The position numbers were made by a program, and so were the translations under genes. Positions 34,105 to 42,188 of a DNA stretch of 58,780 bases are shown here, one piece after another. The notes beneath the pieces are model-generated. The model was not told the DNA's origin, searched no databases, and saw nothing but the letters and a program-made list of their open reading frames with translations. Position 1 is the first letter of the stretch. Every line of letters begins with the position of its first letter. Source of the stretch: a virus; the IMG/VR virus record IMGVR_UViG_3300045988_043483. One strand, written 5' to 3'.

Positions 34105-34442
34105 ATTTTTAATACCTCTTTTCCTTTTTTATAGAATAGTATCATATTAAACTATGCTTGTCAATTAGTTTTAATGTTTGCATTATATAGGTAAAAATAA
34201 CTTTTAGAATTTTTTAAAATTATTAAACTATGCTATTGACTGTATTATTAAACTATGCTATTATAACATCATAAGGAAGAGGAAATGACAACTAGAGAAC
34301 GTCGGATTAACTTTCCTGACTGAGAGGAAGCGGATGACTCAGGGACAGCGGTTATGAAGATTAAGAGTATAGTGGATATACACCGGGCGGTGGGTCGCTT
34401 CTTCCTTATAAATTGAAGGCACCGAGAAAGGAGAATATCAAG
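34105..34442. promoter_or_regulatory. Divergent control region with three copies of the 13-bp motif ATTAAACTATGCT (a fourth copy lies at 33881-33893)
   Basis: Copies at 34146-34158, 34222-34234 and 34247-34259. Leftward TTGACA-17-TACTAT and rightward TTGACT-17-TATTAT promoters overlap them. Confidence 0.6.
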
Positions 34443-34661
34443 ATGGATAGAAAGGAATTTTTAGTAAAAATGATCCGTGTTATGAAGGGCTTTAACACCG
34501 CCCAAGAAATAAAGGAAGAATATGATTATTTGTTGTCAAATTGTGATGACAATCCGCAGATCACTATGATTGTTCATATAAAAAATTGGCTCCGTTTTAC
34601 TTTTAATGAAAGAGATCCACAATTTGTTATTTGGGAACGGTTGGAAAAAGAAGGTTTATAA
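34443..34661 (+). CDS. Hypothetical protein (72 aa)
   Basis: ATG 34443 with AAAGGAG upstream. Confidence 0.55.
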   Translation: MDRKEFLVKMIRVMKGFNTAQEIKEEYDYLLSNCDDNPQITMIVHIKNWLRFTFNERDPQFVIWERLEKEGL

Positions 34662-34711
34662 TATTTAGCTGTACTATCAGTCATGACGTGGAGAAAGGTG
34701 AAAAAAATAAC

Positions 34712-34915
34712 ATGAATATAAATTTATCTGATGAAACGATCAAGACAATTGAAAAGGCGTTGCTTACTAGACAGTTTCTTTTTAAAGAAAAAATTGAATT
34801 GGCCGCATATACCGGAAAAATTTCTGAAGATCGTGTATCTGAATTTAAGTCAGAGCTTGCGCGGGTAGAAATCACTATATTAGAATTTAATACATCAATT
34901 AATCTCAAAAAATAA
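34712..34915 (+). CDS. Hypothetical protein (67 aa)
   Basis: Internal ATG of the track ORF; helical. Confidence 0.45.
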   Translation: MNINLSDETIKTIEKALLTRQFLFKEKIELAAYTGKISEDRVSEFKSELARVEITILEFNTSINLKK

Positions 34916-35004
34916 AAAAGCCGGTGACCACCTACCAAGCGAACACCGGCACCCAAAAAAGAAAGGCACCAAAATTATAACACGGGTGAAAAGGTAAAAG
35001 CAAT

Positions 35005-35373
35005 ATGAGAAAGAATGAATTATTAGAAGCAATCAACAACAGCAAGGAAAGAAGCGCATGGAACAAGGGAGTAAAGCTCTATGCTTATGAGCTTGTAGAA
35101 GCTCTGGAAGTTGAAGAGATCCCGCAGGACAAAACAGAGTTAAAAAGCCTTTTACTGAATGGCGCCGCTGACTGGAAACAGTACAGTTGGGGCGGCTGCT
35201 CTCTGATATATGACTGTGACATTGCAGAACGTCTCTGTTGCCCGTCTGAGTTAAAAAAGGTTTGCGGCGGCGAGAACAAACCAAACAGATCAGAGGAATG
35301 GTTAGACACACAGGCAAGAGCATTAAGCCATTCTTTTGATATAATTTATCATATTGTTAAATTTAGCAAGTAA
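35005..35373 (+). CDS. Hypothetical protein (122 aa)
   Basis: ORF with GAAAAGG upstream. Its stop codon lies inside the tRNA-like minihelix. Confidence 0.55.
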   Translation: MRKNELLEAINNSKERSAWNKGVKLYAYELVEALEVEEIPQDKTELKSLLLNGAADWKQYSWGGCSLIYDCDIAERLCCPSELKKVCGGENKPNRSEEWLDTQARALSHSFDIIYHIVKFSK

Positions 35374-35411
35374 GACAGGCTTACACCGGGGTTCGACTCC
35401 CCGGCTTGCTT
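35365..35411 (+). ncRNA. tRNA top-half-like minihelix (acceptor stem plus T-arm only)
   Basis: AGCAAGT / 15-nt linker / CGGGG-TTCGACT-CCCCG / GCTTGCT-T. The acceptor has 7 bp with a terminal T.G pair. There is no D or anticodon arm. Confidence 0.4.
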
Positions 35412-35455
35412 TTACCCGGAAACGGGAAAAATTGAAAATATGGAGGTATTACGCC

Positions 35456-35593
35456 ATGAGCGAAAACGAACGCAGAAAAGAAGAACTAATAAGACGACTG
35501 GACAACCTCGAAGCCTGCAAAGATAACCCGGTATACCTTGCAGAGATCAAGAAAATACGCAAAGAGCTTGCAGATATAAACTGCGAACAATAG
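35456..35593 (+). CDS. Small helical protein (45 aa)
   Basis: ATG 35456 with GGAGG upstream; MSENERRKEELIRRLDNLEACKDNPVYLAEIKKIRKELADINCEQ. Confidence 0.45.
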   Translation: MSENERRKEELIRRLDNLEACKDNPVYLAEIKKIRKELADINCEQ

Positions 35594-35646
35594 CCGCCGC
35601 AGAGGATGCCCGCCGGATCACTACCGGCGGCGGTTGCATTTCTTTT
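35593..35646 (+). terminator. GC-rich hairpin, putative terminator
   Basis: CCGCCGG-atcacta-CCGGCGG, with a T-rich tail a few nt downstream. Confidence 0.4.
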
Positions 35647-35745
35647 AAAAATGATATATAATATGCTAAATTTCTACTAAGGTAGATAAAAGCATATCTT
35701 TATTTTGGAAAAGAAAAACAAAAAACAAAAATGGAGGTATGAACG

Positions 35746-35991
35746 ATGGAAAAATTAACAGATCAGGAAAAGAAAGCAATCAAACAGGCTATAAATGAAT
35801 TAGGCTATTTTGATGTTGCAGAAAATGAAGAAACGCTTTGCAAGTGGTACGAAGATGGAACCGCTTCAATTAACATTGCTCGGAATGGTCGTACTGTTGC
35901 TTGGGTGCTTTTGGAAAGCGCAGAAAAGGCTATTTATGTAGACACGTTGGAGGAATTAACTGAAGAAGAAATAAAAAGCGAGTTATGCTAA
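35746..35991 (+). CDS. Hypothetical protein (81 aa)
   Basis: ATG with GGAGG upstream. Confidence 0.55.
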   Translation: MEKLTDQEKKAIKQAINELGYFDVAENEETLCKWYEDGTASINIARNGRTVAWVLLESAEKAIYVDTLEELTEEEIKSELC

Positions 35992-36055
35992 CATGCAGAA
36001 ATTCAAAAAAGCAGCCGCCATGCGGTGGGCAATTTTTGAACTGGAAAACAGATAA

Positions 36056-36080
36056 AAGGCGGCTTGCAACCGTCTTTTTA
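36056..36080 (+). terminator. Rho-independent terminator
   Basis: AGGCGG-cttgcaa-CCGTCT followed by TTTTTA. Confidence 0.5.
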
Positions 36081-36207
36081 TCGTGTTCCGTTGGATCTGC
36101 TGCCGTCTGGCGGTCTATTTGTGTTACTCTTCCACCGGATCCGGTCAGATCCTGCGCCCGGATATATTGACGAATTGCGTTGTCTTGGTGTACAATCAAA
36201 TATTACA

Positions 36208-36417
36208 ATGGGATTATACAAAATGCGAAAAGTGGGAATCGGTCATATATATGACATTATGGAGAGCGTAGCGGATGCCGGGGAACGGTTGGAAACCGTC
36301 ATTTTGGTTGAGAGTGCCGCCGGTGGTCTTTCTCCGGAATCTGTGGAGCTGTTGCGGTCTGCCTATGATGCTATGATGTCAGCAGTCGGAGACCTTGGAA
36401 AAGCTGCGACACGGTGA
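36208..36417 (+). CDS. Hypothetical protein (69 aa) in a GC-rich patch
   Basis: Internal ATG (MGLYKMRKVGIGH...). The start is uncertain. Confidence 0.35.
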   Translation: MGLYKMRKVGIGHIYDIMESVADAGERLETVILVESAAGGLSPESVELLRSAYDAMMSAVGDLGKAATR

Positions 36418-36480
36418 ACGGGTGACAGGGTCAGGACTTGCACCGCAGAAGTGAACAGGTGTTTCACACATTGAATCGGT

Positions 36481-36691
36481 CTGAAAAAATCAGAGAAAAA
36501 CCTCTGAAAACGGATTTTTCAGCTTGAAAAGTGCTACCCCGGGGGGTATTTTGAAAAAGGCATTATAATTTTGTCGAAAATTTTTCTTTCAAAAACCTCT
36601 GAAAACGAGATTTTCGGTTGAAAATGCAGACCTACGGGGGTATCAAAAGAAACACATTAAAATTTTTTACGAAAAAAGTCTCAAAAAATGA
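36481..36691 (+). promoter_or_regulatory. Two 95-bp imperfect tandem units, each with a palindrome and a TTGAAA-17-TATnnn promoter-like element
   Basis: Units start at 36496 and 36591. Palindromes: CTGAAAAAATCAG, CTGAAAACGGATTTTTCAG, CTGAAAACGAGATTTTCGG and CTCAAAAAATGAG. Confidence 0.5.
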
Positions 36692-36723
36692 GATTTTTAA
36701 TAAAACCTAGAGGGGGAAATGTT

Positions 36724-37692
36724 ATGAATTGCTACAAATGTGGTAAAGAAATGAGAGTTGTTCCGGAACAAGTGGCTACGGACGAAAAAGGACTGCCGAT
36801 ATATCACAGAATAGGATATTGTGATGCTTGTATGTCTAAATTTGACATTGACATTGTGGAACAACAAAATCAGAAAAAGAAAAAGCAAAGCATATTAAGT
36901 ATACTATCTGTTGTGTTCACTCTTCTTGGTCTTACAATTCCAGTAGCAATTATTATAGCCATTATTGACATTGTTAAAGGTGATAAAAATAATAAAAATC
37001 ACAGCGGTTCATGGTTTTCAATTATTTTTTCTGCGATTGTAATTCTTGCATATTTTTTAGGTGGTCAAAATGAGGAAAATCAAAATGTTTCAAATAATTT
37101 AAGTATAGAGTCTGTAATAGAAACAGAAAGTCAAACTATTGAACTACCAGATGAATCAGTTGAAAGCTATCCTGCTTATCAAGGAGAAAATACAAATCAA
37201 GAAATAGATTCTAAAACAGAGCCTACGGTTGCTCAATCAGAAAGTAATGTAATGGAAAATGAAAATTATGGAGAATATGAGGAGGAAAATGTTTTATCAG
37301 AAGAGGAATATAAAGAATCATGTGTCGAATTATTCTATGATGATATATTTTTCTCACAAGATGATTTAGAGGGAAAAGATGTAAAACTAAATCTTTTTGT
37401 GTCAGAACTTTATGAATTAAGAGCAAAAGATATGTATTATGATTATATTCAAGAAATGTTTGGAGAATACAATTTACAAAGGAATTTCTTAAAATGCTGT
37501 GTTTTGAGAGAAGGTACTGAAAGCTATATGGGAGAGCAAATCAATGTACTATTTTCTAATGATTATGGATTAAACGCAACAGATTATTCCGGTGGTGAAA
37601 AAATAACTGTTTATGGGAAAATAATAGGATACAGCACAAATTCATGGAGAGGTTACAACAAATGTGAATTTATGCCATTATATATAGAGTAA
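36724..37692 (+). CDS. Zinc-ribbon plus two-TM membrane protein with an acidic linker and a C-terminal domain
   Basis: ATG 36724 (AGAGGGGGA upstream). N-terminus has CYKCG...CDAC. TM segments ILSILSVVFTLLGLTIPVAIIIAII and WFSIIFSAIVILAYFLG. Confidence 0.65.
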   Translation: MNCYKCGKEMRVVPEQVATDEKGLPIYHRIGYCDACMSKFDIDIVEQQNQKKKKQSILSILSVVFTLLGLTIPVAIIIAIIDIVKGDKNNKNHSGSWFSIIFSAIVILAYFLGGQNEENQNVSNNLSIESVIETESQTIELPDESVESYPAYQGENTNQEIDSKTEPTVAQSESNVMENENYGEYEEENVLSEEEYKESCVELFYDDIFFSQDDLEGKDVKLNLFVSELYELRAKDMYYDYIQEMFGEYNLQRNFLKCCVLREGTESYMGEQINVLFSNDYGLNATDYSGGEKITVYGKIIGYSTNSWRGYNKCEFMPLYIE

Positions 37693-37696
37693 TTTT

Positions 37697-37728
37697 AAGG
37701 GCATCCGAAAGGGTGCTCTTATTTTTTT
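37697..37728 (+). terminator. Rho-independent terminator
   Basis: AAGGGCATCC-gaaa-GGGTGCTCTT followed by ATTTTTTT. Confidence 0.75.
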
Positions 37729-37738
37729 GAAAAAGTAC

Positions 37739-37788
37739 TTGACTTTTCTTTGTGTCCACATTATACTTTACTTGTACCCACAAAGAAA
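37739..37788 (+). promoter_or_regulatory. Near-consensus promoter TTGACT-17-TATACT bracketed by the inverted repeat TTTCTTTGTG/CACAAAGAAA
   Basis: -35 at 37739-44, -10 at 37762-67, inverted-repeat arms at 37745-54 and 37779-88. Confidence 0.65.
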
Positions 37789-37802
37789 GGAAGTGAAAAC
37801 AT

Positions 37803-37979
37803 ATGGGTATTCATAAAGGAACAAAGTTGACTGACAATCCTAAAAATCACATTCTTAAATTCCGGTGTGATGATGAAACTTCTGAAAAACTGGAATATCT
37901 TGCTGAAAAGAAAGGAATTACAAAATCGGAGGTTGTAAGAAAAGGGATAGAAATGCAGTACGACAAAGAAAAAGAGTAA
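37803..37979 (+). CDS. Ribbon-helix-helix protein (58 aa), below the ORF-track cutoff
   Basis: MGIHKGTKLTDNPKNHILKFRCDDETSEKLEYLAEKKGITKSEVVRKGIEMQYDKEKE. RBS GGAAGTGA. TAA at 37977-79. It replaces the spurious minus-strand ORF 37761..38066. Confidence 0.6.
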   Translation: MGIHKGTKLTDNPKNHILKFRCDDETSEKLEYLAEKKGITKSEVVRKGIEMQYDKEKE

Positions 37980-38085
37980 CCACTCATTACTTTCCCGGTA
38001 ACTGGTTACTCTCCCACTCCCAAAGAAGTGATAACTTATTTTAACATCTTCTTTTGGGAAAATCAATCAAAAGGAGAAGAAAATC

Positions 38086-38331
38086 ATGGACAAATTTTTA
38101 GAAATCGTATTCGAAAGTCAGATTATAAACACTGCGGAAAAAGGAGATAAAGCATCAGAATATTTTAAGCCGTTCTTTGATAAGCTGCAGGAAATCGTGA
38201 GTGAAAAGGTCTTTGAAGAACTCATGGATTCTTTTTCAGAATGTGAAGTGAATACTATTAACTACTATGCCGTAGAGGGAATGAAGCTGGCAATAGGTAT
38301 TATGAATGGTTCTTACGTTCCACAGATTTAG
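38086..38331 (+). CDS. Hypothetical protein (81 aa)
   Basis: ATG with AAGGAGAAG upstream. Confidence 0.55.
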   Translation: MDKFLEIVFESQIINTAEKGDKASEYFKPFFDKLQEIVSEKVFEELMDSFSECEVNTINYYAVEGMKLAIGIMNGSYVPQI

Positions 38332-38341
38332 GAGGTAGCAT

Positions 38342-39019
38342 ATGACGGAACTGGTAAACGTTGAGGGAACAGAACTGGCTGTCAGAGAATGGAATGGTCA
38401 GAGAGTTGTCACTTTTAGAGATATTGACAACGCACACGGTGTTAAGCCTGGTTCGGCAAAACGAAATTTTATAAGGAACAAAAGACATTTTATTGAGAAT
38501 GAAGATTATTTTATCGCAACAAGGGATTCTCTTAAAAGTGTCAATTTGACACATTTGAATGTTGATATACCGACAAGAGGTATAACACTTATTACTGAAA
38601 TGTGTTATTTGATGTTGGCAAAATCATTTACAGATGATAAATCATGGAATGTTCAACGTACACTTGTAAATGCTTATTTTATGTTAAAAAATCAACAGCC
38701 AACACCTACTTCCACCACAGCAATCGAGGAAAAACCGACATTAGAGTTTGAAACAGACTGGTTCTGCATCAACCGTGGCAAAATCAACTACATCTGCCGT
38801 TGCTACGATATTACATCAAAGGAATATATGCACCACCTACTTGAAGTTTTGGGAAGAACGTATAATTTTGATGAAGCAAAGAGAATTTACTGCGCAACGA
38901 CAGGAAACTGGAAATGCAGAAATTCCGAAGTAATCACATACTTCCAACAGCTTTCAGAACTTGCATCTAAAATTCTTAAGAAAGACTTAGAGGACTGTGC
39001 AAAAGAAGAGACCCCATAA
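38342..39019 (+). CDS. ORF6N/KilA-N-type antirepressor-like DNA-binding protein
   Basis: ELAVREWNGQRVVTFRDIDNAHGVKPGSAKRNFIRNKRHFIENEDYFI matches the ORF6N pattern. Confidence 0.6.
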   Translation: MTELVNVEGTELAVREWNGQRVVTFRDIDNAHGVKPGSAKRNFIRNKRHFIENEDYFIATRDSLKSVNLTHLNVDIPTRGITLITEMCYLMLAKSFTDDKSWNVQRTLVNAYFMLKNQQPTPTSTTAIEEKPTLEFETDWFCINRGKINYICRCYDITSKEYMHHLLEVLGRTYNFDEAKRIYCATTGNWKCRNSEVITYFQQLSELASKILKKDLEDCAKEETP

Positions 39020-39032
39020 CAGGGGTCTTTTC
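39008..39032. terminator. Hairpin GACCCC-ataaca-GGGGTC with a T-run, between convergent genes
   Basis: Read directly. Contains the stop of 38342..39019. Confidence 0.6.
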
Positions 39033-39352
39033 TATGCCATTATTTCCATGTATCCGCTTATCAATTCATCAGCCAACGCAAACACTTCTCTTCCGTAGGT
39101 AGCCAAAAAGTCGGCAACAATCTCTTCTGTCTGAATGTCCATAGTCAAATTGTAGGACAGGCAGAACGCATGACACAGTTCATGGCACAGCACACGATCA
39201 TAGAAATTGCCATGAATCATATTTGATATGTAAATATCTCTTGTGTTCCGGTCTGTCATGCCAAACGTATATGTACCGTCAGAACGCATCAGCATAGGGC
39301 TGTGACTGCCTACGAGCCTTAAATTCCAGTCTATTCCATTTATCGTGAACAA
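39032..39352 (-). CDS. Small HExxH zinc-metallopeptidase-like protein
   Basis: VLCHELCHAF motif. TTG 39352 lies 7 nt after GGAGG. Confidence 0.5.
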   Translation of the reverse strand: MFTINGIDWNLRLVGSHSPMLMRSDGTYTFGMTDRNTRDIYISNMIHGNFYDRVLCHELCHAFCLSYNLTMDIQTEEIVADFLATYGREVFALADELISGYMEIMA

Positions 39353-39365
39353 CTTACCACCTCCA

Positions 39366-39392
39366 ACATAAAAGGGGCTAAATAAGCCCCTT
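39366..39392 (-). terminator. Rho-independent terminator closing the accessory cluster
   Basis: AAGGGGCT-n5-AGCCCCTT followed by TTAT on the minus strand. Confidence 0.6.
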
Positions 39393-39399
39393 AAGTGTT

Positions 39400-40032
39400 T
39401 TAACCGATTTTTGTAACCAGTGCAGACAGCTTGTTCCGCAGTACCGTCTTTTCTTCCGGTGTTGCATCGTTGATGATCTCCGTCATGTCGTTTGCAAGTT
39501 CGGTCATGTAGGTGTTCAGGTCACGGACTTTTGCTTCTTTGTCCTGCTGTGTATTTGCCTTATGCAGTTCCTTATTTTCCATGTAGGTTCTGCGGCTCAT
39601 TCCACTTCTTCCCTCTCTTGCATCACGCATACCGGATGAAGAAGTTTCAGTGTAGTACATACGCCCCATGTCTCTGTCCATGTCACGGTGATACATTTCC
39701 GGGGTCATGTGATAATAGGGTGGTTCTTCATAACCTCTGCGGTAGGTTCCACGACCTTTAGGTGCAAATCTGCCGTCAGCATAGCGGTAATGGTCATAAA
39801 AACGTTTACCACCGTCACCGTAACGATCAAACATTTCCATGTTTTCGTCCGAATCATATTCCTGCATGGTTTTTGTCAGTTCCCGATAGTACATAGCTTC
39901 CGATAAGTCTTTCATCATGTCGATGACCTTCCCCATTTCGCAAGTATCTACTTTGTCAATTCCTTTGTCAAACTGCGTTTTAGCGCATTCAGAAAGTTTT
40001 TCAATCATTTCATGCATTCTTTTAACATCCAT
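39400..40032 (-). CDS. Low-complexity R/Y/M/D-rich protein (210 aa)
   Basis: Helical ends with a central segment RYGDGGKRFYDHYRYADGRFAPKGRGTYRRGYEEPPYYHMTPEMYHRDMDRDMGRMYY. Confidence 0.6.
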   Translation of the reverse strand: MDVKRMHEMIEKLSECAKTQFDKGIDKVDTCEMGKVIDMMKDLSEAMYYRELTKTMQEYDSDENMEMFDRYGDGGKRFYDHYRYADGRFAPKGRGTYRRGYEEPPYYHMTPEMYHRDMDRDMGRMYYTETSSSGMRDAREGRSGMSRRTYMENKELHKANTQQDKEAKVRDLNTYMTELANDMTEIINDATPEEKTVLRNKLSALVTKIG

Positions 40033-40045
40033 GATTTTTCACCTC

Positions 40046-40468
40046 CTACGCTTCACGAACGGCAATCAAATTGCTGTTCTGCACTTCAATAGCTTGCGTA
40101 GAAGTGTTCTGAACGGCTACCGTACTGCAGCATCCACGAGGAACATCAATGTAAGCCTGCGCAGAAACATTGAAGAAATTCTCTACTGCTGCCGGAGTTA
40201 CAATCATTCTTGTGGACTGCAAAGGTTCTCCGTCTACTGCCAGTGCAAGGGAGATTTCTTCAACAGTTCCACCAGTGGGAATCTGAATGTTGCCGGAATA
40301 ACTTACAAGGAATCTCGCCCGGCACTGATTAGTGATACCTCTTAACTTTACAATTCCGGATCCCTCTCTGTGAGTGATACAACCACTTCCATTTACGGCA
40401 GTTTCGGTAAAAGCAACGTCTGCTCCTGCTGCCACAGTCTGTAATGCTACTGCTGTATATTCAGCCAT
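40046..40468 (-). CDS. Beta-rich jelly-roll-like protein (possibly TNF/C1q/BclA-CTD-like)
   Basis: Start at ATG 40468 (AGAGAGG upstream). MAEYTAVALQTVAAGADVAFTETAVNGSGCITHREGSGIVKLRGITNQCRARFLVSYSGNIQIPTGG...VPRGCCSTVAVQNTSTQAIEVQNSNLIAV. The fold assignment is from memory only. Confidence 0.55.
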   Translation of the reverse strand: MAEYTAVALQTVAAGADVAFTETAVNGSGCITHREGSGIVKLRGITNQCRARFLVSYSGNIQIPTGGTVEEISLALAVDGEPLQSTRMIVTPAAVENFFNVSAQAYIDVPRGCCSTVAVQNTSTQAIEVQNSNLIAVREA

Positions 40469-40588
40469 AATAAATACCTCTCTTTCAAAATCAAAGGGGC
40501 AAACCATATAGTCTGCCCCATGTTGTCAGTAATTCTGCATAGCAGACATAATCGAGTTAACTCAATTAAGATACTCAATTATTCAGTT

Positions 40589-41368
40589 TTAGCAATTACA
40601 GCCGGTATTGCAACTGCAGCCATAAGCGTAAGCGTTAGGATTAGAAACAATATAAGCTGGAATAGCTGTAGGATTTACAGAGTTGACAATCTGCTGTGTC
40701 TGTGCTGTCATTGCAGTAGTCAGAAGTGCATTCTGTCTATCCTGTGAAGCAGAAAGTTCAAGTTTCTGCACCTTATCTCTCAAATCCGCATTTTCTTTTG
40801 CACATAAGTAATCAAGAATTGCTCTAGTGCCGGCATTCTGATTATCAATGATATCCCTTGTGTTGTTATTCATGGTGTTCTGCAATGCGCAAGTATTCGT
40901 TGCCATATTGTAGTTTACACCCTGGATAGCTTCACGGGTATCGCAGCAACACTGTGCTAACTGTGCCTGTAAAGCGTTAGCATTCTGCATTCCTGCTACG
41001 GTGTCGGCATTGATAGCCTGTTGGATGCCATAGCCAGTCTGTAAAATGTTGGTATTAACGCCATTAAATCCGGTAAGCATACCGTTGTTTACAGCGTAGA
41101 ATCCGTCACACAGACCGTTGTTGATTCCGTCCAGTTTACCGATGATAGACTGGGTGTCGAACCCTCTTTGCAATGCAGAATCGGTGTAGTAACTGGAATT
41201 AGAGCCATTACCGCCCCAACCATTACCGCCCCAACCTCCAAAAGCGAAGAAAAGGACGAAAATAATAATCCACCATGCACCATCGTCACCCCATGCACCG
41301 TTGTTTCCATATCCGCTGTTGGCAGGCATAACAGGCATGGTAAAGGGAGTATTGTTACTCTCAAACAT
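40589..41368 (-). CDS. Membrane-anchored G/N/W- and Cys-rich protein
   Basis: Start at ATG 41368 (GGAGG 8 nt upstream). Features: TM WWIIIFVLFFAF, GGWGGNGWGGNG, an internal CCC, and a C-terminal CSCNTGCNC. Confidence 0.6.
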   Translation of the reverse strand: MFESNNTPFTMPVMPANSGYGNNGAWGDDGAWWIIIFVLFFAFGGWGGNGWGGNGSNSSYYTDSALQRGFDTQSIIGKLDGINNGLCDGFYAVNNGMLTGFNGVNTNILQTGYGIQQAINADTVAGMQNANALQAQLAQCCCDTREAIQGVNYNMATNTCALQNTMNNNTRDIIDNQNAGTRAILDYLCAKENADLRDKVQKLELSASQDRQNALLTTAMTAQTQQIVNSVNPTAIPAYIVSNPNAYAYGCSCNTGCNC

Positions 41369-41422
41369 AATTTTTACCTCCATATAAGATTTTTTATACT
41401 TAATCTTGCAAGAATTTAGTAT

Positions 41423-41662
41423 CTACTTCATAGGAAATTGACGCTTGAATTTTTCAAATTCAGAATCAAAATCTACGCCACGTTCCTTAGCAATATTTCT
41501 GCCAAAATTTTCAACACCTGATATGTCACCTTTTTGCGCCATTCCCATTACATTTCTAATCATGGGGTTTTGCATCATCTGACTATTTCCCATAATCCCT
41601 TGAATTATTTGTTGTGGATTTCCCATCCCTTTGAGCATCTGCATAGGATTCATCATTTTCAT
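41423..41662 (-). CDS. M/Q/N-rich small protein (79 aa)
   Basis: MKMMNPMQMLKGMGNPQQIIQGIMGNSQMMQNPMIRNVMGM... Confidence 0.55.
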   Translation of the reverse strand: MKMMNPMQMLKGMGNPQQIIQGIMGNSQMMQNPMIRNVMGMAQKGDISGVENFGRNIAKERGVDFDSEFEKFKRQFPMK

Positions 41663-42135
41663 TCTGCATCATCCTTTCTTTGCGATTGCGAAGTTTTTCT
41701 TTGCGATTGCGAAGATTTCAACTGCTCAATCTTTTGTTCCAGTTCATCGAAACGCTTCATAAATACCGCTGTGGCTTCGTCTGATAGGTCAAATTTTGCT
41801 TTTTCTGTTTCTGACGGTAAATTGTTAGGGTCTGCATCTAAAAAAGGCTTGTAGAGCCTTGTATAGATTTTTCCATCTGCTCCCCAAGATTTAGCATAGA
41901 TCTCCGACAAATCCTGCTTGGGAAAGAATGCTGTGTTGCCATCCATAGGAACATCATTCGGTGCTATGCACTCTTGCGCCGGTACAATACGACCGTACAT
42001 CTGTACTGTGTTTTGCTGTGGCTGTTGCATAAATTGCTGTGGTTGGAATTGCTCCTGTTGTGGCATAAACTGTCCGTACATAGGTGTTCTATACTGCGGA
42101 TTGAAATAGTTCGGATTCATAATCGGCTGCGGCAT
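41659..42135 (-). CDS. Protein with a Q/P/M-rich N-terminus (158 aa)
   Basis: MPQPIMNPNYFNPQYRTPMYGQFMPQQEQFQPQQFMQQPQQ, followed by a globular part and the duplicated C-terminal SQSQRK. Confidence 0.55.
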   Translation of the reverse strand: MPQPIMNPNYFNPQYRTPMYGQFMPQQEQFQPQQFMQQPQQNTVQMYGRIVPAQECIAPNDVPMDGNTAFFPKQDLSEIYAKSWGADGKIYTRLYKPFLDADPNNLPSETEKAKFDLSDEATAVFMKRFDELEQKIEQLKSSQSQRKTSQSQRKDDAE

Positions 42136-42188
42136 GGCTATTCTCCCTTTCTTCCATTGATTCTATCTGTTTCGCAATTTCAACTTCA

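Noticed and set aside
37761-38066. 101-aa minus-strand ORF
   Set aside because: The opposite strand carries a near-consensus promoter, an RBS and a 58-aa RHH gene. The minus-strand ORF is an antisense artefact.
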